This document shows, piece after piece, positions 63,711-64,000 of a DNA stretch of 64,000 nucleotides. The notes under the pieces are model-generated. The model worked only from the letters and a program-made list of their open reading frames with translations. It ran no database searches and was not told where the DNA came from. Within the stretch, counting starts at the first letter, position 1; each line of letters opens with the position of its first letter. The DNA is taken from positions 32,001 to 96,000 of IMG/VR virus record IMGVR_UViG_3300012000_000002. One strand, 5' to 3'. Made by a program: the position numbers and the translations under genes. This DNA is from a virus.

Positions 63711-64000
63711 AACAAACCGTTTATCAATTCATCAAAAATGTTATATTTGGACTTGCTATAGGCGTATTTTTTCCTATAGGAGTTATATACACTCTTTTCA
63801 AAAGAGAAATAAGTCCTTTTGCAACTATTCTAGGAACCGCAATCATTATGTTGGTTGCAATTTTTGGTGGTACGTATCTTCACCAAATTACTCAACTGCC
63901 TCGTAACCTAACAATCGGATTGTTGTATTTCGGAATGTGCATTAGCTTTGCTGTTGCAACAAACGTAAGTTCTCAAAACAATACCGAAAATACCGAGAAA
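63707..64000 (+). CDS. Membrane protein, 3 TM (runs off the right edge)
   Basis: MKQTVYQFIKNVIFGLAIGVFFPIGVIYTL...; ATGA overlap; no stop before 64000. Confidence 0.6.
   Translation, partial: MKQTVYQFIKNVIFGLAIGVFFPIGVIYTLFKREISPFATILGTAIIMLVAIFGGTYLHQITQLPRNLTIGLLYFGMCISFAVATNVSSQNNTENTEK

Noticed and set aside
1-64000. CRISPR array, alternative genetic code, giant eukaryotic virus or bacterial contractile injection system
   Set aside because: No regularly spaced repeats. TAA, TAG and TGA all end full-length genes under code 11. The T4-like portal, protease and capsid with SD-led genes indicate a tailed phage.

Overview
This window is a 64-kb fragment of a large (jumbo-type) contractile-tailed dsDNA phage (Caudoviricetes) with a T4-like virion module. 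It is AT-rich, uses genetic code 11, and probably infects a diderm host, judging from the spanin-like genes. Virion genes: portal, prohead protease, scaffold, major capsid, neck proteins, two tail sheaths, tail tube and beta-roll tail fibres. Lysis and DNA genes: a lysis cassette, primase, a fused SbcD-SbcC nuclease/ATPase and four free-standing GIY-YIG/HNH endonucleases. Accessory genes: PhoH, Fe/Mn-SOD-like, HDAC-family deacetylase, Hc1-like, two HAD phosphatases, a HxGH nucleotidyltransferase, a KxDG ligase-like protein and GroEL, plus two tRNAs and one tRNA-like element. The most notable observations beyond the gene list are: (1) a late-promoter-like hexamer TANWTA before about 25 genes, often 5-6 nt from the ATG, including one perfectly centred bidirectional copy; (2) four RBS/AUG-occluding hairpins that the motif would disrupt, in front of the endolysin, a GIY-YIG, an HNH and an unknown head-module gene; (3) a recurring early promoter TTTAGA-N17-TGnTAnnnT; (4) a family of proteins sharing an N-terminal LKxLIREA-type leader (putative capsid-targeting/protease-cleaved), whose cargo includes the SOD and both HAD phosphatases; (5) an apparently ATPase-dead second chaperonin; (6) a divergently promoted ligase-like/nucleotidyltransferase pair. 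All product calls come from motif recognition by eye. No database search was run.
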